NCBI GenBank assembly: GCA_963797915.1
Contig: CAWCRG010000017.1
Location: 235,074-299,073, forward strand
Direction: 5' to 3'
Length of the DNA: 64,000 nucleotides
From: Candidatus Sericytochromatia bacterium
GTDB taxonomy: Bacteria; Cyanobacteriota; Sericytochromatia; UBA7694
Shown: piece by piece, positions 63,574 through 64,000 of the stretch
Layout of the letters: each line of letters begins with the position of its first letter
How positions within the stretch are numbered: position 1 is the stretch's first letter
Notes under the pieces: model-generated
The model's input: only the letters and a program-made list of their open reading frames with translations
Told to the model about the DNA's origin: nothing
The model's database searches: none
Program-made: the position numbers and the translations under genes

Positions 63574-64000
63574 ATGACATTAGGAACTCCTGAAACGCCC
63601 CTGCGCGTTGCCATTGTAGGTAGCGGCCCCAGCGGGTTTTATGCTGCTGAGGCTTTATTTAAATCTGAGCATGCCATACATATTGACATGTATGAAAAAT
63701 TGCCGGTCCCCTTCGGCCTGGTGCGCAGTGGCGTCGCTCCAGATCACCCCAAAATTAAAAACGTGACCCGTATTTACGACAAAATTGCTGCAAACCCAGG
63801 CTTTAACTTTATGGGCAACGTCACGATTGGCGAAGATATTAGCGTTGCCGATCTCCGAGAGCACTATCATGCGGTGCTGTTTGCCTCAGGAGCCTCCAGC
63901 GACCGCCGCTTAAATATCCCCGGTGAAGATCTTGAGCGCAGCTATACGGCTACAGAGTTTGTGGCCTGGTATAACGGTCACCCCGAGTATAGAGACCGCG
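63574..64000 (+). CDS. fpr: Ferredoxin-NADP+ reductase, FprA/adrenodoxin-reductase type (3'-partial)
   Basis: ATG with AAGAGGTGA Shine-Dalgarno. The N-terminus [19 protein letters not shown] and the motif [16 protein letters not shown] are typical of NADPH:ferredoxin reductases of the FprA family. The gene runs off the window end. Confidence 0.7.
   Translation, partial: MTLGTPETPLRVAIVGSGPSGFYAAEALFKSEHAIHIDMYEKLPVPFGLVRSGVAPDHPKIKNVTRIYDKIAANPGFNFMGNVTIGEDISVADLREHYHAVLFASGASSDRRLNIPGEDLERSYTATEFVAWYNGHPEYRDR

Overview
This 64 kb window is a chromosomal segment of a diderm (Gram-negative) bacterium, roughly 50-52% G+C by eye. The diderm call rests on an LptF/G permease, lipobox lipoproteins, PBP1A and RfbB/RfbC. 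About 60 protein genes are tightly packed, together with four tRNAs: Ser-GCU and Arg-ACG on the plus strand, Leu-GAG and Phe-GAA on the minus strand. No rRNA, CRISPR array, integrase or transposase was found.

Housekeeping content:
- relA/spoT, apt, a recJ with a long C-terminal extension, and mrcA (PBP1A).
- hemA, hemC, asd, an lptF/G-family permease, rfbC/rfbB, and fabD.
- A methylmalonyl-CoA epimerase, gatB, sfsA, grxC, glpD, ugd, a UDP-glucuronate decarboxylase, a frameshifted gloA, phaR, and the 5' end of an fpr-type ferredoxin-NADP reductase.

Accessory or unusual content:
1. A 5'-truncated secreted papain-like (C1) cysteine peptidase, a CPBP intramembrane protease, and a voltage-gated-like ion channel.
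2. A translationally coupled pair made of an unusually long acidic FliH/SctL-like protein and a FliI/SctN type III secretion ATPase, with no other apparatus genes nearby.
3. A five-gene coupled operon: secreted S55-like peptidase, secreted beta-propeller/FN3 protein, MshEN-domain protein, SNF2 helicase, and SWIM zinc-finger protein.
4. A secreted YHYH / PEBP / lipoprotein cluster.
5. An AT-rich islet holding a heavily decayed ankyrin-repeat lipoprotein pseudogene next to two tandem paralogous glycine-zipper proteins of unknown family. A third glycine-zipper protein sits inside the rfb locus.
6. A Ser/Thr kinase fused to a DUF4388 domain.
7. Several perfect palindromes in divergent promoter regions.

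At least eleven genes carry single-base frameshifts, several of them in homopolymer runs: the beta-propeller gene twice, the SNF2 helicase, a YHYH protein, the TPR gene, gloA, and the ankyrin gene at six or more sites. This indicates either an error-prone long-read assembly or real gene decay. Coordinates of split genes are given as the reconstructed full gene.
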